From Bacteroidota bacterium (GTDB lineage Bacteria; Bacteroidota; Bacteroidia; Bacteroidales; FEN-979), in contig JAPLDI010000015.1 in assembly GCA_026391795.1 (NCBI GenBank), forward strand, positions 68,557 to 132,556: DNA of 64,000 nucleotides, read 5' to 3'. The notes under the pieces were generated by a model. It was not told the origin of the DNA. It saw only the letters and a program-made list of their open reading frames with translations, and did not search any database. This document shows, piece after piece, positions 15,364 to 25,117 of this stretch (its first letter is position 1; each line of letters opens with the position of its first letter). A program made the translations under genes and the position numbers.

Positions 15364-16731
15364 ATGAAAAAACTGCTCATTTATTTTGCTCTTCTTGTTT
15401 TCCTTGCGAGCTGTGGAAACTCTGGAAATGGCGAACTGACAGGAGTAAAAAACCGAAAACGATATTACCAGCCGGATCCATACGGGATGCGTTATATTCC
15501 GATGGGTAGCTTCACAATGGGAGTCGGGGATGAAGACCTTCCATATGCCCAGCTGAATACCCCGAAAACGGTAACCATTCAGTCGTTCTACATGGATCAG
15601 ACGGAAATCACAAACAACAAATACCGGCAATTTGTTTTCTGGGTTAGGGATTCGATCGCCCGCAGGCTGCTGGGTGAAGTGAAACCTGACCTCTACCTGA
15701 TATCAGAAAACAAGAAAACCGGGGAAACATTTGATCCTCCGTTCCTCAACTGGACAACGAAGTTGGACTGGAATTCCGACCAGCAGGATGTACGTGATGC
15801 CCTCTCACAAATGTATCTTCCGGAAAGTGAGCGTTATTTCCGCCGGAAAGAAGTTGATACCCGCAAACTCTATTTTGAGTATTATTTTGTAGACCTGAAA
15901 GCTGCTGCCCGGAAAGATTACAGTACCGGCGGCGACATCAAAGAGGGAGGGCTTGCCAATCGTCCGCAGGGTCTTAAAGACCGTTCCGTCTATGTCCGTA
16001 AAGAGGTGATCAATGTTTATCCCGATACACTCTGCTGGATTCATGATTATGTTTATTCCTTCAATGATCCTCAGACCGAAAAATACTTTTGGCATCCGGC
16101 CTACGATAATTATCCCGTTGTTGGCGTTACCTGGAAACAGGCCAATGCTTTCTGTATCTGGAGAACACAGTTGAAAAACTCCTACCTATACGGTAAAAAG
16201 GGAGAATCTTCTGTAAGTGAGTTCCGTTTGCCTACCGAAGCTGAATGGGAATGGGCTGCACGGGGTGGCTACGACAACAACCCCTATCCCTGGGGCGGGC
16301 CTTACACCCGGAATGACAAAGGATGCTTCCTTGCCAATTTCAAACCCCTGCGCGGAAATTACATCGATGACGGTGGTGCAACAACGGTTGTCTGTGCGCA
16401 TTATCCCGCCAATGATTTCGGATTGTATGACATGGCCGGCAATGTAGCCGAATGGACACGTTCGGCATATTATCCTTCTTCCTACAATTTTACCTGGGAC
16501 CTTAACCCGGATTATACCTACAATGCAAAAGATTCAGATCCCCCCGCCATGAAACGTAAGGTTTTACGCGGAGGATCATGGAAAGATGTTGCTTATTTCC
16601 TCAGGGTTTCCACCCGTTCTTTCGAATTCCAGGATACCGCAAAAAGTTATATCGGCTTCCGCACCATTCAGCCTTTCCTTGGCAGGCAAAAAGATGATAA
16701 TCCTGCCCGGGCTTCTCACGTGTACAATTAA
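15364..16731 (+). CDS. gldK: gliding motility / T9SS lipoprotein GldK (PorK)
   Basis: Lipobox LASCG, formylglycine-generating-enzyme-like fold motifs (VTWKQANAFC, RLPTEAEWEWAARGG, RGGSW), and operon position. Confidence 0.9.
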   Translation: MKKLLIYFALLVFLASCGNSGNGELTGVKNRKRYYQPDPYGMRYIPMGSFTMGVGDEDLPYAQLNTPKTVTIQSFYMDQTEITNNKYRQFVFWVRDSIARRLLGEVKPDLYLISENKKTGETFDPPFLNWTTKLDWNSDQQDVRDALSQMYLPESERYFRRKEVDTRKLYFEYYFVDLKAAARKDYSTGGDIKEGGLANRPQGLKDRSVYVRKEVINVYPDTLCWIHDYVYSFNDPQTEKYFWHPAYDNYPVVGVTWKQANAFCIWRTQLKNSYLYGKKGESSVSEFRLPTEAEWEWAARGGYDNNPYPWGGPYTRNDKGCFLANFKPLRGNYIDDGGATTVVCAHYPANDFGLYDMAGNVAEWTRSAYYPSSYNFTWDLNPDYTYNAKDSDPPAMKRKVLRGGSWKDVAYFLRVSTRSFEFQDTAKSYIGFRTIQPFLGRQKDDNPARASHVYN

Positions 16732-16788
16732 TCGGGAAAAAGATATTATCAAAATCAATCCTAATCTTAAACCAAATCAATCATTATT

Positions 16789-17820
16789 ATGGGCTTATAT
16801 GCTTTAGTCAGGACAAGACAGTACCGTAACTTCATGGCCAAACTTTATGGTTTAGGCGCTTCCGTTGTTATCATTGGTGCCCTCTTTAAGATCAACCATT
16901 ACATGGGAGCTGATTACATGCTGATCGTGGGTCTGGGAACCGAGTCTTTGATTTTCTTTTTCTCCGCCTTTGAACCACCCCACGTGGAGCCCGACTGGAG
17001 TCTTGTATACCCTCAATTAGCCGGCATTTATCATGAAGGGGATAACGGAGCGCCCGAATTTCAAAAAACCGGCAGCGGGACACAGGAACTTGACAGGATG
17101 CTTGAAAAGGCCAAGATCGGCCCCGAACTGATCGAGAGCCTCGGCGCAGGATTGAGAAACCTCACCGAAACCACCTCCAAACTTACCGATGTAAGCAACG
17201 CAGCTGTTGCTAATGATAAATTTGTTTCTACAATGAAATCAGCAACCGAATCTGCTTCTGTGCTGAATGATTCGTATATAAAATCGGCAAAATCAATTGA
17301 CCAGAATTTAGCGGCTTCCGTTGAGCATACATCAAGCATACAGTCTGTCTCCAAAAGTGCAGCTGCGCTATCGAGTGCCTATGGGCAGGTTTCCGACTCG
17401 ATCAAGGAAGAGCTTGTCCAGAATAAGGAATTCGCGGCAAGCCTGATCAAAGCCACAGCATCCACCAATAAATTTGTCGAGAAATACAGCGAATCTGCAG
17501 ACCTGATCTCCAAAACGTCAGAAGCACTTCATGCAGGTCTGACAGAAGAATCCAACTACAACAAACAGATTCAGAAAATTTCCAACAACTTATCTGCCCT
17601 CAATGCCTTGTATGAACTTCATCTGCAAACTTCGCACGAGCAGATGGAATCGACAGGCAAGGTCAATGAGACGTTGAATAAGCTGACGGTCAAATTGAAT
17701 GAATCTCTTGAGAAAACTACAGAATTCAAGGAGGAAGTCGAATCCTTCTCCAAGAATATTGCAGCCCTCAACAAGGTGTATGGCAATATGCTTTCTGCCA
17801 TGAGCCTGGGGAACCGCTAA
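16789..17820 (+). CDS. gldL: gliding motility / T9SS motor protein GldL (PorL)
   Basis: N-terminus ...YGLGASVVIIGALFKINHY...GLGTESLIFFFSAFEP matches the two GldL TM helices, including the conserved TM2 Glu (E52 here). Long coiled-coil-like cytoplasmic tail. Confidence 0.88.
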   Translation: MGLYALVRTRQYRNFMAKLYGLGASVVIIGALFKINHYMGADYMLIVGLGTESLIFFFSAFEPPHVEPDWSLVYPQLAGIYHEGDNGAPEFQKTGSGTQELDRMLEKAKIGPELIESLGAGLRNLTETTSKLTDVSNAAVANDKFVSTMKSATESASVLNDSYIKSAKSIDQNLAASVEHTSSIQSVSKSAAALSSAYGQVSDSIKEELVQNKEFAASLIKATASTNKFVEKYSESADLISKTSEALHAGLTEESNYNKQIQKISNNLSALNALYELHLQTSHEQMESTGKVNETLNKLTVKLNESLEKTTEFKEEVESFSKNIAALNKVYGNMLSAMSLGNR

Positions 17821-17875
17821 TCCGGAGATAACGTTGTTTAATTCCTGAAATACTAATTCATAAATAACCGACTAA

Positions 17876-19477
17876 ATGGCTGGATATAAGGAGACCCCGA
17901 GGCAAAAGATGATCGCAATGATGTATCTTGTCCTTACGGCGCTGCTCGCATTGAATGTCTCGAAACAAATCCTTGATGCTTTTATTGTGGTGAATGAGAG
18001 TATTGAAACCACAAACGACAATTTTTCGAAGAAGCTTGAGACTACCATCAGTAAATTCAAAATCCAATATCAACTTAACCCGAATAAGGTTGGCCCATAT
18101 TGGGAAAAAGCCCAGAAAGCTCATTCTCTTTCCAAGGAATTGGCTGCCTATATTGACAGTACAAAAATTGTGATTGTTAAACTTACAGACGGTCTTGAAA
18201 CATGGAAGGAAGCCAAGGAGACAAAACTTAAAGATGTAAAGAGGAAGGACAATTACGACAGGACCACTACTTTCTTCATCGGAAATTCTCATGACGGATC
18301 AGCCGGGGAAGCCAGGGTACTGAGGAATAAAATGGAGGAATACAAGAAAAAAATGCTCGACCTCGTCGACCCCAAATTCCGCAGTGTAATCAAAATTGGC
18401 CTGGATACGCAGGGTCCGTTTTACGACCTCGATGGGAATAAACAACCCTGGGAAATGCACAATTTCTACCGTACCATCCTGGCTGCCGATGTGACCATCC
18501 TGAACAAGGTGAAGGCAGAAGTCTACAATGCCGAGTTTGATGTTACCAACTACCTTCTCTCTTCCATCTCTGCAGAAGACTTTAAATACGATAAGATCGA
18601 TGCAAGGGTGATACCGAAAAGCAGCTACGTATTCCTGGGCGAAGAATACCAGGCTGAAATCGTGGTTGCCGCATACGATACAAAATCGAACCCTAACGTA
18701 AGGTACAGCGTGGGCATTGATTCGCTGACCCCTGCCAATTATAAAAATGCCACTCCGCTTGAAGGAACCAACGGCATTGTAGTGCTCAAACTTCCCGGAA
18801 ACGGTGAAGGTTTGAGGAAATTTGCCGGGATCATTAAAATCGTGAATCCGCTCGGCGACACCATGACCTTCCATTTCAAGGATGAATTCATCGTTGCCAA
18901 ACCCGGATTGACCATCTCTCCGTCAAAAATGAATGTGTTTTACATTGGCGTTGACAACCCTGTTGACATTTCCGTTCCGGGTGGTCCCGAGCGCATTGCC
19001 CCCACCATTTCGGTCGGTCAGATAAGAGCTGACGGCAAACAATGGATCGTATCCGGACTGCCAAATGGCGTCAAGGAAGCGATTGTATCTGTGAATGCTG
19101 TCTTCTCCGGGAAAACAAAGTCAATGGGATCAAGCACCTTCCGCCTGAAAAAAATACCCATCTTCAATGCCCTGATCGACCGTAACCCTGAAGGAGGCGT
19201 AATTTCGAGAAGCGATATCCCGGTGGGCTACATTGCAGCTGAAAAGCCTGTTGGTTTCGATTTTGATCTTACCTATAAAATCACCTCCTTTGTTTTCGTT
19301 TCCGATATCGATGGGAATGTGATCGAACGGAATGTTTCGGGTAACAGGATTCCAGAGGATCTTCTTGCAAAGATCAAAAGGGCTAAAAAGAATAACCGTA
19401 TCTGGATCGAAAACATCATGGCCATTGGTCCGGGGGGTGAGCAGCAGTTGAAGAATATCAGTTATAAATTCAAATAA
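17876..19477 (+). CDS. gldM: gliding motility / T9SS motor protein GldM (PorM)
   Basis: MAGYKETPRQKMIAMMYLVLTALLALNVSK is nearly identical in pattern to the F. johnsoniae GldM N-terminus (Arg9 conserved). 533 aa with a periplasmic multi-domain tail. Confidence 0.9.
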   Translation: MAGYKETPRQKMIAMMYLVLTALLALNVSKQILDAFIVVNESIETTNDNFSKKLETTISKFKIQYQLNPNKVGPYWEKAQKAHSLSKELAAYIDSTKIVIVKLTDGLETWKEAKETKLKDVKRKDNYDRTTTFFIGNSHDGSAGEARVLRNKMEEYKKKMLDLVDPKFRSVIKIGLDTQGPFYDLDGNKQPWEMHNFYRTILAADVTILNKVKAEVYNAEFDVTNYLLSSISAEDFKYDKIDARVIPKSSYVFLGEEYQAEIVVAAYDTKSNPNVRYSVGIDSLTPANYKNATPLEGTNGIVVLKLPGNGEGLRKFAGIIKIVNPLGDTMTFHFKDEFIVAKPGLTISPSKMNVFYIGVDNPVDISVPGGPERIAPTISVGQIRADGKQWIVSGLPNGVKEAIVSVNAVFSGKTKSMGSSTFRLKKIPIFNALIDRNPEGGVISRSDIPVGYIAAEKPVGFDFDLTYKITSFVFVSDIDGNVIERNVSGNRIPEDLLAKIKRAKKNNRIWIENIMAIGPGGEQQLKNISYKFK

Positions 19478-19513
19478 ATCGAGTTTAACCCAATTCCTAA
19501 TAAGGGAGGATTT

Positions 19514-20356
19514 ATGAAAACTTTCTTAAAATGCCTGATCGTCATTTCCTTCGCAATGATCGCGGCCAGCACCTACTCCCAGGTTCTGGATACAGGTCCC
19601 CGGGACGGGATCTACGATAAGACAGCCATCCTGCAGATGAACCCGATCCCCTATGTGCCCCTGCGCGAAGCAGACGTTATCTGGTCAAGAAGGATCTGGA
19701 GAGAGATCAACATGAAGGAAAAAATGAATCAGCCTTTCTATTTTCCGGAAGCTCCCCAGGGAACCTGGAAGAGTTTCATGCAGATCGTCCTGGATAACAT
19801 GAAGGAAGGCACCATCACGGCCTATGAAGATGATAAATTCATCCTCCCAAGGAATTATAATGAGATCATGAAACAATCGGAAAAAACGATCAAAAAGACC
19901 TTGCTTCGTGAAGGAACCGATGTTGAATATGATACAACCTATACCGAAAGTTTTCAGCCAACCGCTGTTACAAAGCTGAAAATTAAGGAGCAATGGGTTT
20001 TCGACCGCCAGCGTTCTGTACTGGAAGTCCGCATCCTCGGGATTTGCCCAGTAAAAGAAAGCTATACGGATCAGGGTGAATACAGGGGGGATATCGATAT
20101 GTTCTGGATCTACTTCCCGGAATGCCGTAATATCTTTTCTAAAGTTGAACAATTCAACCTGAAGAACGGAGATGCCGGAAGACTTTCCTATGATGATGTT
20201 TTCATGAAAAGGATGTTCGCCAGTTTTATCTATAAGGAAGAGAATGTTTACGACCGCAAAATTTCCGACTATGCTACAGGCGTAGACGCACTTCTTGAAG
20301 CCGACAGGGCCAAAACATCCCTGCACGAATTTGAAATGAGCCTTTGGGAATATTAG
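19514..20356 (+). CDS. gldN: gliding motility / T9SS ring protein GldN (PorN)
   Basis: Signal peptide, DGIYDK...PYVPLREADVIWSRRIWREI motif, and position immediately after gldM. Confidence 0.85.
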   Translation: MKTFLKCLIVISFAMIAASTYSQVLDTGPRDGIYDKTAILQMNPIPYVPLREADVIWSRRIWREINMKEKMNQPFYFPEAPQGTWKSFMQIVLDNMKEGTITAYEDDKFILPRNYNEIMKQSEKTIKKTLLREGTDVEYDTTYTESFQPTAVTKLKIKEQWVFDRQRSVLEVRILGICPVKESYTDQGEYRGDIDMFWIYFPECRNIFSKVEQFNLKNGDAGRLSYDDVFMKRMFASFIYKEENVYDRKISDYATGVDALLEADRAKTSLHEFEMSLWEY

Positions 20357-20382
20357 CGGAATATTTGGATAAGGATAAAAAC

Positions 20383-20411
20383 AACCCTCCCCGAAAAGGA
20401 GGGTTTTTTTA
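20383..20411 (+). terminator. rho-independent terminator after gldN
   Basis: AACCCTCC-ccgaaaa-GGAGGGTT followed by a T-run, 27 nt after the gldN stop. Confidence 0.8.
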
Positions 20412-20432
20412 TGCCACTTCCTTTAAAAGCCC

Positions 20433-20440
20433 TAACTTTG
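20433..20440 (+). promoter_or_regulatory. Bacteroidota -7 box TAACTTTG upstream of recG
   Basis: Matches the TAnnTTTG consensus, 23 nt before the recG ATG. No clear -33 TTG. Confidence 0.35.
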
Positions 20441-20462
20441 CTATGGATCAAAGGCTGGAATA

Positions 20463-22568
20463 ATGACGGGAACTTTTCTTGAAACACCGGTTGAGTACCT
20501 CAAAGGCGTCGGTCCGGCAAGGGCCGATATCCTGAAGAAAGAATTGCAGATTTTCACTTTCGGTGAATTGCTCTCCCTCTTTCCTTTCCGCTACATCGAC
20601 CGGAGTAAACTGTTCCTCATTGCCGAAGTGAAAGATGACGCTGCTTATGTGCAGGTCAAGGGAAGGATCACGGATGTTCAGACAGCCGGAAGCATGCGTG
20701 CAAAGAGGATTGTAGCCACCCTGGCCGATGATTCCGGAGAAATGGAACTGGTCTGGTTCCAGGGTATAAAATGGATCATCGACAAGCTGAAACCGGGAAC
20801 TGAATACATTGTCTTCGGGAAACCATCCTGGTTCAACGGGCATCTTACCATTGCCCACCCTGACCTGGAAACCGCGAACGATCAAAGCACTTCCGTCGGC
20901 GATACTTTCCGGCCTTTGTACACTTCGACAGAAAAGCTGAAATCGCGAGGCCTGGACAGCAGGGGAATCTCCCGGCTGATGAAAACACTGATCCAGTCTG
21001 ACCGGTTTCATATTCCTGAAAATCTGAGTGCGGAGATACTGGGAAACCTGAAGCTGATGAACCGTCAGGAGGCATTCATCAACATCCATTTCCCGGTCAG
21101 TCACGAAATACTCCAGAAAGCACAGGCAAGACTGAAATTCGAGGAGCTCTTCTACATTCAGATGAGGTTGTTGCTGCAGAAGTTCCAGCGGACGCAGAAA
21201 CAGAGCGGGCACCCTTTTACCGTAGTGGGTCATTTCCTGAACGATTTTTATCATCATTATCTCTCCTTCGAGCTGACCAATGCTCAAAAAAAAGTCATCA
21301 AAGAGATCCGCAACGACCTGGGGTCAGGCAAACAGATGAACCGGTTGCTGCAGGGCGATGTCGGCAGCGGGAAGACACTGGTTGCGCTCATGACCATGCT
21401 GATCGCACTCGACAACAACTTTCAGGCTTGCCTCATGGCCCCCACTGAAATTCTTGCAAACCAGCATTACCACAATATATCAAAAATGGTTTCCGGGCTT
21501 GGTGTCCGTCTCGACCTGCTCACCGGTTCCACGAAACCTGCTAAAAGAAAGGAGATTGCGAACGGACTGGAAGACGGAAGCCTTCAGATCCTTATCGGAA
21601 CCCACGCACTGATCGAAGAAAATGTCCAGTTTAAAAACCTCGGATTTGTGGTGATTGATGAACAGCACCGGTTCGGTGTTGCACAACGTGCACGGTTATG
21701 GGAGAAGAATGCCCTGACCCCTCATGTGCTGGTTATGACTGCAACCCCCATTCCCCGGACACTGGCCATGACCTTATACGGGGACCTCGACAGTTCAATT
21801 ATTGACGAGATGCCACCCGGCCGTAAGCCTGTGATCACAAAGCACGTATATGAAACGAAACAGGAACAGGTCTTCGATTTTATCCGGAAGCAGATCACCG
21901 GCGGAACCCAGGTTTATATCGTTTTCCCCCTGATCCAGGAGTCTGAGACCCTTGACCTGAAAAATCTAATGGAAGGGTATGAATCGATCAAACAGATCTT
22001 CCCCGGGCCAGAATATGCAATTGGTATGGTACATGGAAAGATGAAACAGAAAGAAAAGGATGAAGCCATGGAGCGTTTCCTGAAAAAGGAGACCCAGATC
22101 CTTGTTGCCACCACGGTGATTGAAGTCGGCGTGGATATCCCAAACGCATCTGTGATGGTTATTGAAAATGCGGAACGGTTCGGACTGTCACAACTGCACC
22201 AGCTGAGGGGCAGGGTAGGCCGGGGTGCAGACCAGTCTTATTGTATCCTCATTTCCGGGTTTAAACTGACCTCGGAAGCAAAAAAAAGGATAGAAACCAT
22301 GGTTGAAACCAATGATGGTTTTATTATCGCTGAAACTGACCTTCGCCTCCGGGGCCCCGGAGATATGGAAGGGACTCAGCAGTCAGGAATCCTGAATCTG
22401 AAAATTGCGGATATCATACGCGATGAAAAAATCCTCAAATATGCCCGTAACCTGGCTACAGATATTATCCGGGATGACCCCAACCTGGAGAAGGAAACAA
22501 ACTCCGTCATCATGCGGCATTTGAAAATCATGAACAAATACAGGGAAAATTGGGGCCTGATCAGTTAA
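20463..22568 (+). CDS. recG: ATP-dependent DNA helicase RecG
   Basis: 701 aa with a wedge domain and helicase motifs GDVGSGKT, DEQHRFGV, TATPIPRT and QLRGRVGRG. Confidence 0.93.
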   Translation: MTGTFLETPVEYLKGVGPARADILKKELQIFTFGELLSLFPFRYIDRSKLFLIAEVKDDAAYVQVKGRITDVQTAGSMRAKRIVATLADDSGEMELVWFQGIKWIIDKLKPGTEYIVFGKPSWFNGHLTIAHPDLETANDQSTSVGDTFRPLYTSTEKLKSRGLDSRGISRLMKTLIQSDRFHIPENLSAEILGNLKLMNRQEAFINIHFPVSHEILQKAQARLKFEELFYIQMRLLLQKFQRTQKQSGHPFTVVGHFLNDFYHHYLSFELTNAQKKVIKEIRNDLGSGKQMNRLLQGDVGSGKTLVALMTMLIALDNNFQACLMAPTEILANQHYHNISKMVSGLGVRLDLLTGSTKPAKRKEIANGLEDGSLQILIGTHALIEENVQFKNLGFVVIDEQHRFGVAQRARLWEKNALTPHVLVMTATPIPRTLAMTLYGDLDSSIIDEMPPGRKPVITKHVYETKQEQVFDFIRKQITGGTQVYIVFPLIQESETLDLKNLMEGYESIKQIFPGPEYAIGMVHGKMKQKEKDEAMERFLKKETQILVATTVIEVGVDIPNASVMVIENAERFGLSQLHQLRGRVGRGADQSYCILISGFKLTSEAKKRIETMVETNDGFIIAETDLRLRGPGDMEGTQQSGILNLKIADIIRDEKILKYARNLATDIIRDDPNLEKETNSVIMRHLKIMNKYRENWGLIS

Positions 22569-22617
22569 GATTCAGATAATTCTCAATACTTTTACATCCC
22601 CAAAAAATGGTACAAAA

Positions 22618-25086
22618 ATGAAGATCTCCTATAATTGGTTAAAGGAATATGTTTCCGGTATTCCCGCACCGGAAGTTGTTGCTGATATTCTCACCGGGTG
22701 CGGACTGGAAGTTGAAAGTTCGGAGACCTGGTACTCAGTGAAGGGAGGATTGAAAGGTGTTGTGATCGGCGAAGTGCTTACCTGCATGAAACATCCCGGA
22801 TCTGATCATCTTAGCCTGACTACAGTGAATGTCGGGCTTCCCGAACCCTTAAAGATTGTCTGTGGGGCGTCAAATGTTGCTGCCGGGCAGAAAGTTGCAG
22901 TTGCAACAATAGGGGCGACACTGTTTTTTAATGAAAAGGAGATTACGATACAAAGGGCTAAGATCCGCGGGGAACTTTCGGAAGGGATGATCTGTGCCGA
23001 AGACGAGCTCGGAACCGGTTCCTCACACGAAGGCATTTTGGTACTGGATCCATCGGCAATTCCCGGGACCCTGGCGAAGGATTATTTCAAGGTTGAAGAA
23101 GATACTGTTTTCGAGATTGGTCTGACTCCAAACCGTTCAGATGCTACCTCTCACATTGGTGTTGCAAGGGATCTTGCCGCCGTTCTGAACTGTATGCCCG
23201 GAAGACAGGATTCAGATCTTGTCAACCTGAAAATTCCGGGTACCAGTGATTTCAACGATTCCGGACAAGGCAGGAGAATTGAAGTGATCATTGAAGATGC
23301 AGAAAGCTGCCCCAGGTATTCAGGATTGACCTTTACGGGTATCACGGTGAAAGAATCCCCAACCTGGCTGAAAAACAGGCTTAATGCTGTGGGTCTTCGT
23401 CCCATCAACAACATTGTGGATATTACCAACTTTATCCTGATGGAACTTGGGCATCCCTTGCATGCTTTCGATGCAGACCAGGTCAAAGGGGATAAAGTGA
23501 TTATTAAAAAATATCCGGAACAAAAAAAATTCATCACACTTGACGAAGTTGAACGTGAGCTTACCCCTCAGGACCTGATGATCTGCAATGCAGAAGGCCC
23601 CATGTGCATAGCCGGTGTCTTTGGGGGATTGAAATCGGGAGTCACCCCTGCCACAACCTCCGTATTTCTTGAGAGTGCATTCTTCAGTCCGCGCGGGATC
23701 CGAAAAACAGCACGTCACCATGGATTGCAGACAGATGCTTCCTTCCGGTTTGAACGCGGTGCCGATATCAGCATCACGGTTTATGCTCTCAAAAGGGCTG
23801 CTTCGCTGATCCGTGAGATTGCCGGAGGCGAAATCGCTTCCGCGATCGTGGATGTTTACCCGCAACCCAAAGAGCCGGTACAGGTTTTTCTGTCATTTGC
23901 TCATCTCGACCGTCTCATCGGAAAAACACTCAAAAGGGAAACCGTAAAGAATATTCTGGCCTCATTGGGAATTTCCATCCTTTCTGAACCCGTAGAAGCG
24001 CTTATTCTGGAGATTCCTTCCTACAAGGTAGATGTTACCAGGGAAGCGGATGTTATCGAAGAGATCCTCCGGATTTATGGCTATAACAACATTGAATTTC
24101 CATCTGCCATCCGGTCTTCCATTTCCGCATCACCCAGTCCCGATCCGGAAAAAATTATGAATAAGACAGCAGAAACCCTCTGTTCAAATGGTTTCACCGA
24201 GATCATGAACAATTCCCTGACGCGCTCATCCTATTATGAGAATAACCCGGACTTCCCGGCCGAACATTGCGTCCGGATCCTGAACCCCCTGAGCCGCGAT
24301 TTGGATGTAATGCGCCAGACCTTACTTTACGGCGGACTTGAGAGCCTTGAATACAACCAGAACAGGAAAAATGCCGACTGTAAATTGTTTGAATTCGGGA
24401 ATTGCTATGGATTGTATCCTGGTCAGGGGAATGAGAGTCCCTTGAAAAAGTACAGGGAGGAGAACCATCTGGCACTTTTTATGACTGGAAGAGCGCAAGT
24501 GGAAAACTGGAATTCACTGAACCGGAAAGTTGACATTTATGATCTTAAGGGTTTTGTGGATACGCTATTGTTTCGATGCGGAATTTCCGATTTTGTGTTA
24601 GAAACAAGAACTGAAACCTCCGGGGTTTTCAGCCAGGGTATAGCCTACCGGATGGGGGATAAAACATTGGTCACCCTGGGCACGCTTGCTCCGGCATTGA
24701 TAAAGAAATTCGACCTCAGGCAGGATGTTCATTATGCTGATTTCAACTGGAGCCTGTTATTCAGCAAAGTGAAAGGCGAAGACAGAAGCGTATCTGAATT
24801 GCCGAAATTTCCGGAGGTCCGCAGGGATCTTGCCATAGAGCTTGACCGTACGGTTTTGTATTCTGATCTGGAGAAACTGGCATTTGCGACGGAGAAAAAA
24901 TTGCTGAAGAAAGTCGGGTTATTTGACGTTTACGAAGGAGAAAAGATTGAAACAGGAAAGAAATCGTATGCCTTGTATTTTATCCTTCAGGACGATCAGA
25001 AAACACTTACAGATGAAGAGATCGATAAAGCCATGAACCGGCTGATCAGGGTTTATACTGACAAATTTAACGCAAGGGTCAGGTAA
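22618..25086 (+). CDS. pheT: phenylalanine--tRNA ligase beta subunit
   Basis: 822 aa. MKISYNWLKEY start, tRNA-binding domain, B3/4 and B5 domains, and a C-terminal FDVYEG...KSYA motif. Confidence 0.93.
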   Translation: MKISYNWLKEYVSGIPAPEVVADILTGCGLEVESSETWYSVKGGLKGVVIGEVLTCMKHPGSDHLSLTTVNVGLPEPLKIVCGASNVAAGQKVAVATIGATLFFNEKEITIQRAKIRGELSEGMICAEDELGTGSSHEGILVLDPSAIPGTLAKDYFKVEEDTVFEIGLTPNRSDATSHIGVARDLAAVLNCMPGRQDSDLVNLKIPGTSDFNDSGQGRRIEVIIEDAESCPRYSGLTFTGITVKESPTWLKNRLNAVGLRPINNIVDITNFILMELGHPLHAFDADQVKGDKVIIKKYPEQKKFITLDEVERELTPQDLMICNAEGPMCIAGVFGGLKSGVTPATTSVFLESAFFSPRGIRKTARHHGLQTDASFRFERGADISITVYALKRAASLIREIAGGEIASAIVDVYPQPKEPVQVFLSFAHLDRLIGKTLKRETVKNILASLGISILSEPVEALILEIPSYKVDVTREADVIEEILRIYGYNNIEFPSAIRSSISASPSPDPEKIMNKTAETLCSNGFTEIMNNSLTRSSYYENNPDFPAEHCVRILNPLSRDLDVMRQTLLYGGLESLEYNQNRKNADCKLFEFGNCYGLYPGQGNESPLKKYREENHLALFMTGRAQVENWNSLNRKVDIYDLKGFVDTLLFRCGISDFVLETRTETSGVFSQGIAYRMGDKTLVTLGTLAPALIKKFDLRQDVHYADFNWSLLFSKVKGEDRSVSELPKFPEVRRDLAIELDRTVLYSDLEKLAFATEKKLLKKVGLFDVYEGEKIETGKKSYALYFILQDDQKTLTDEEIDKAMNRLIRVYTDKFNARVR

Positions 25087-25117
25087 AAGGTCTCACATAC
25101 TTCAAATATACTTTTAA

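Noticed and set aside
20448-21287. 279-aa ORF antisense to recG. Similar long antisense ORFs occur at 25832-26731 (299 aa), 3517-4263 (248 aa), 8781-9446 (221 aa), 19685-20326 (213 aa), 18299-18874 (191 aa) and 43314-43859 (181 aa).
   Set aside because: Each lies entirely inside a gene whose sense-strand product has unambiguous family motifs. The antisense translations are low-complexity or Cys/His/Arg/Phe-rich with no recognisable motifs. They are the expected shadow ORFs of codon-biased genes.
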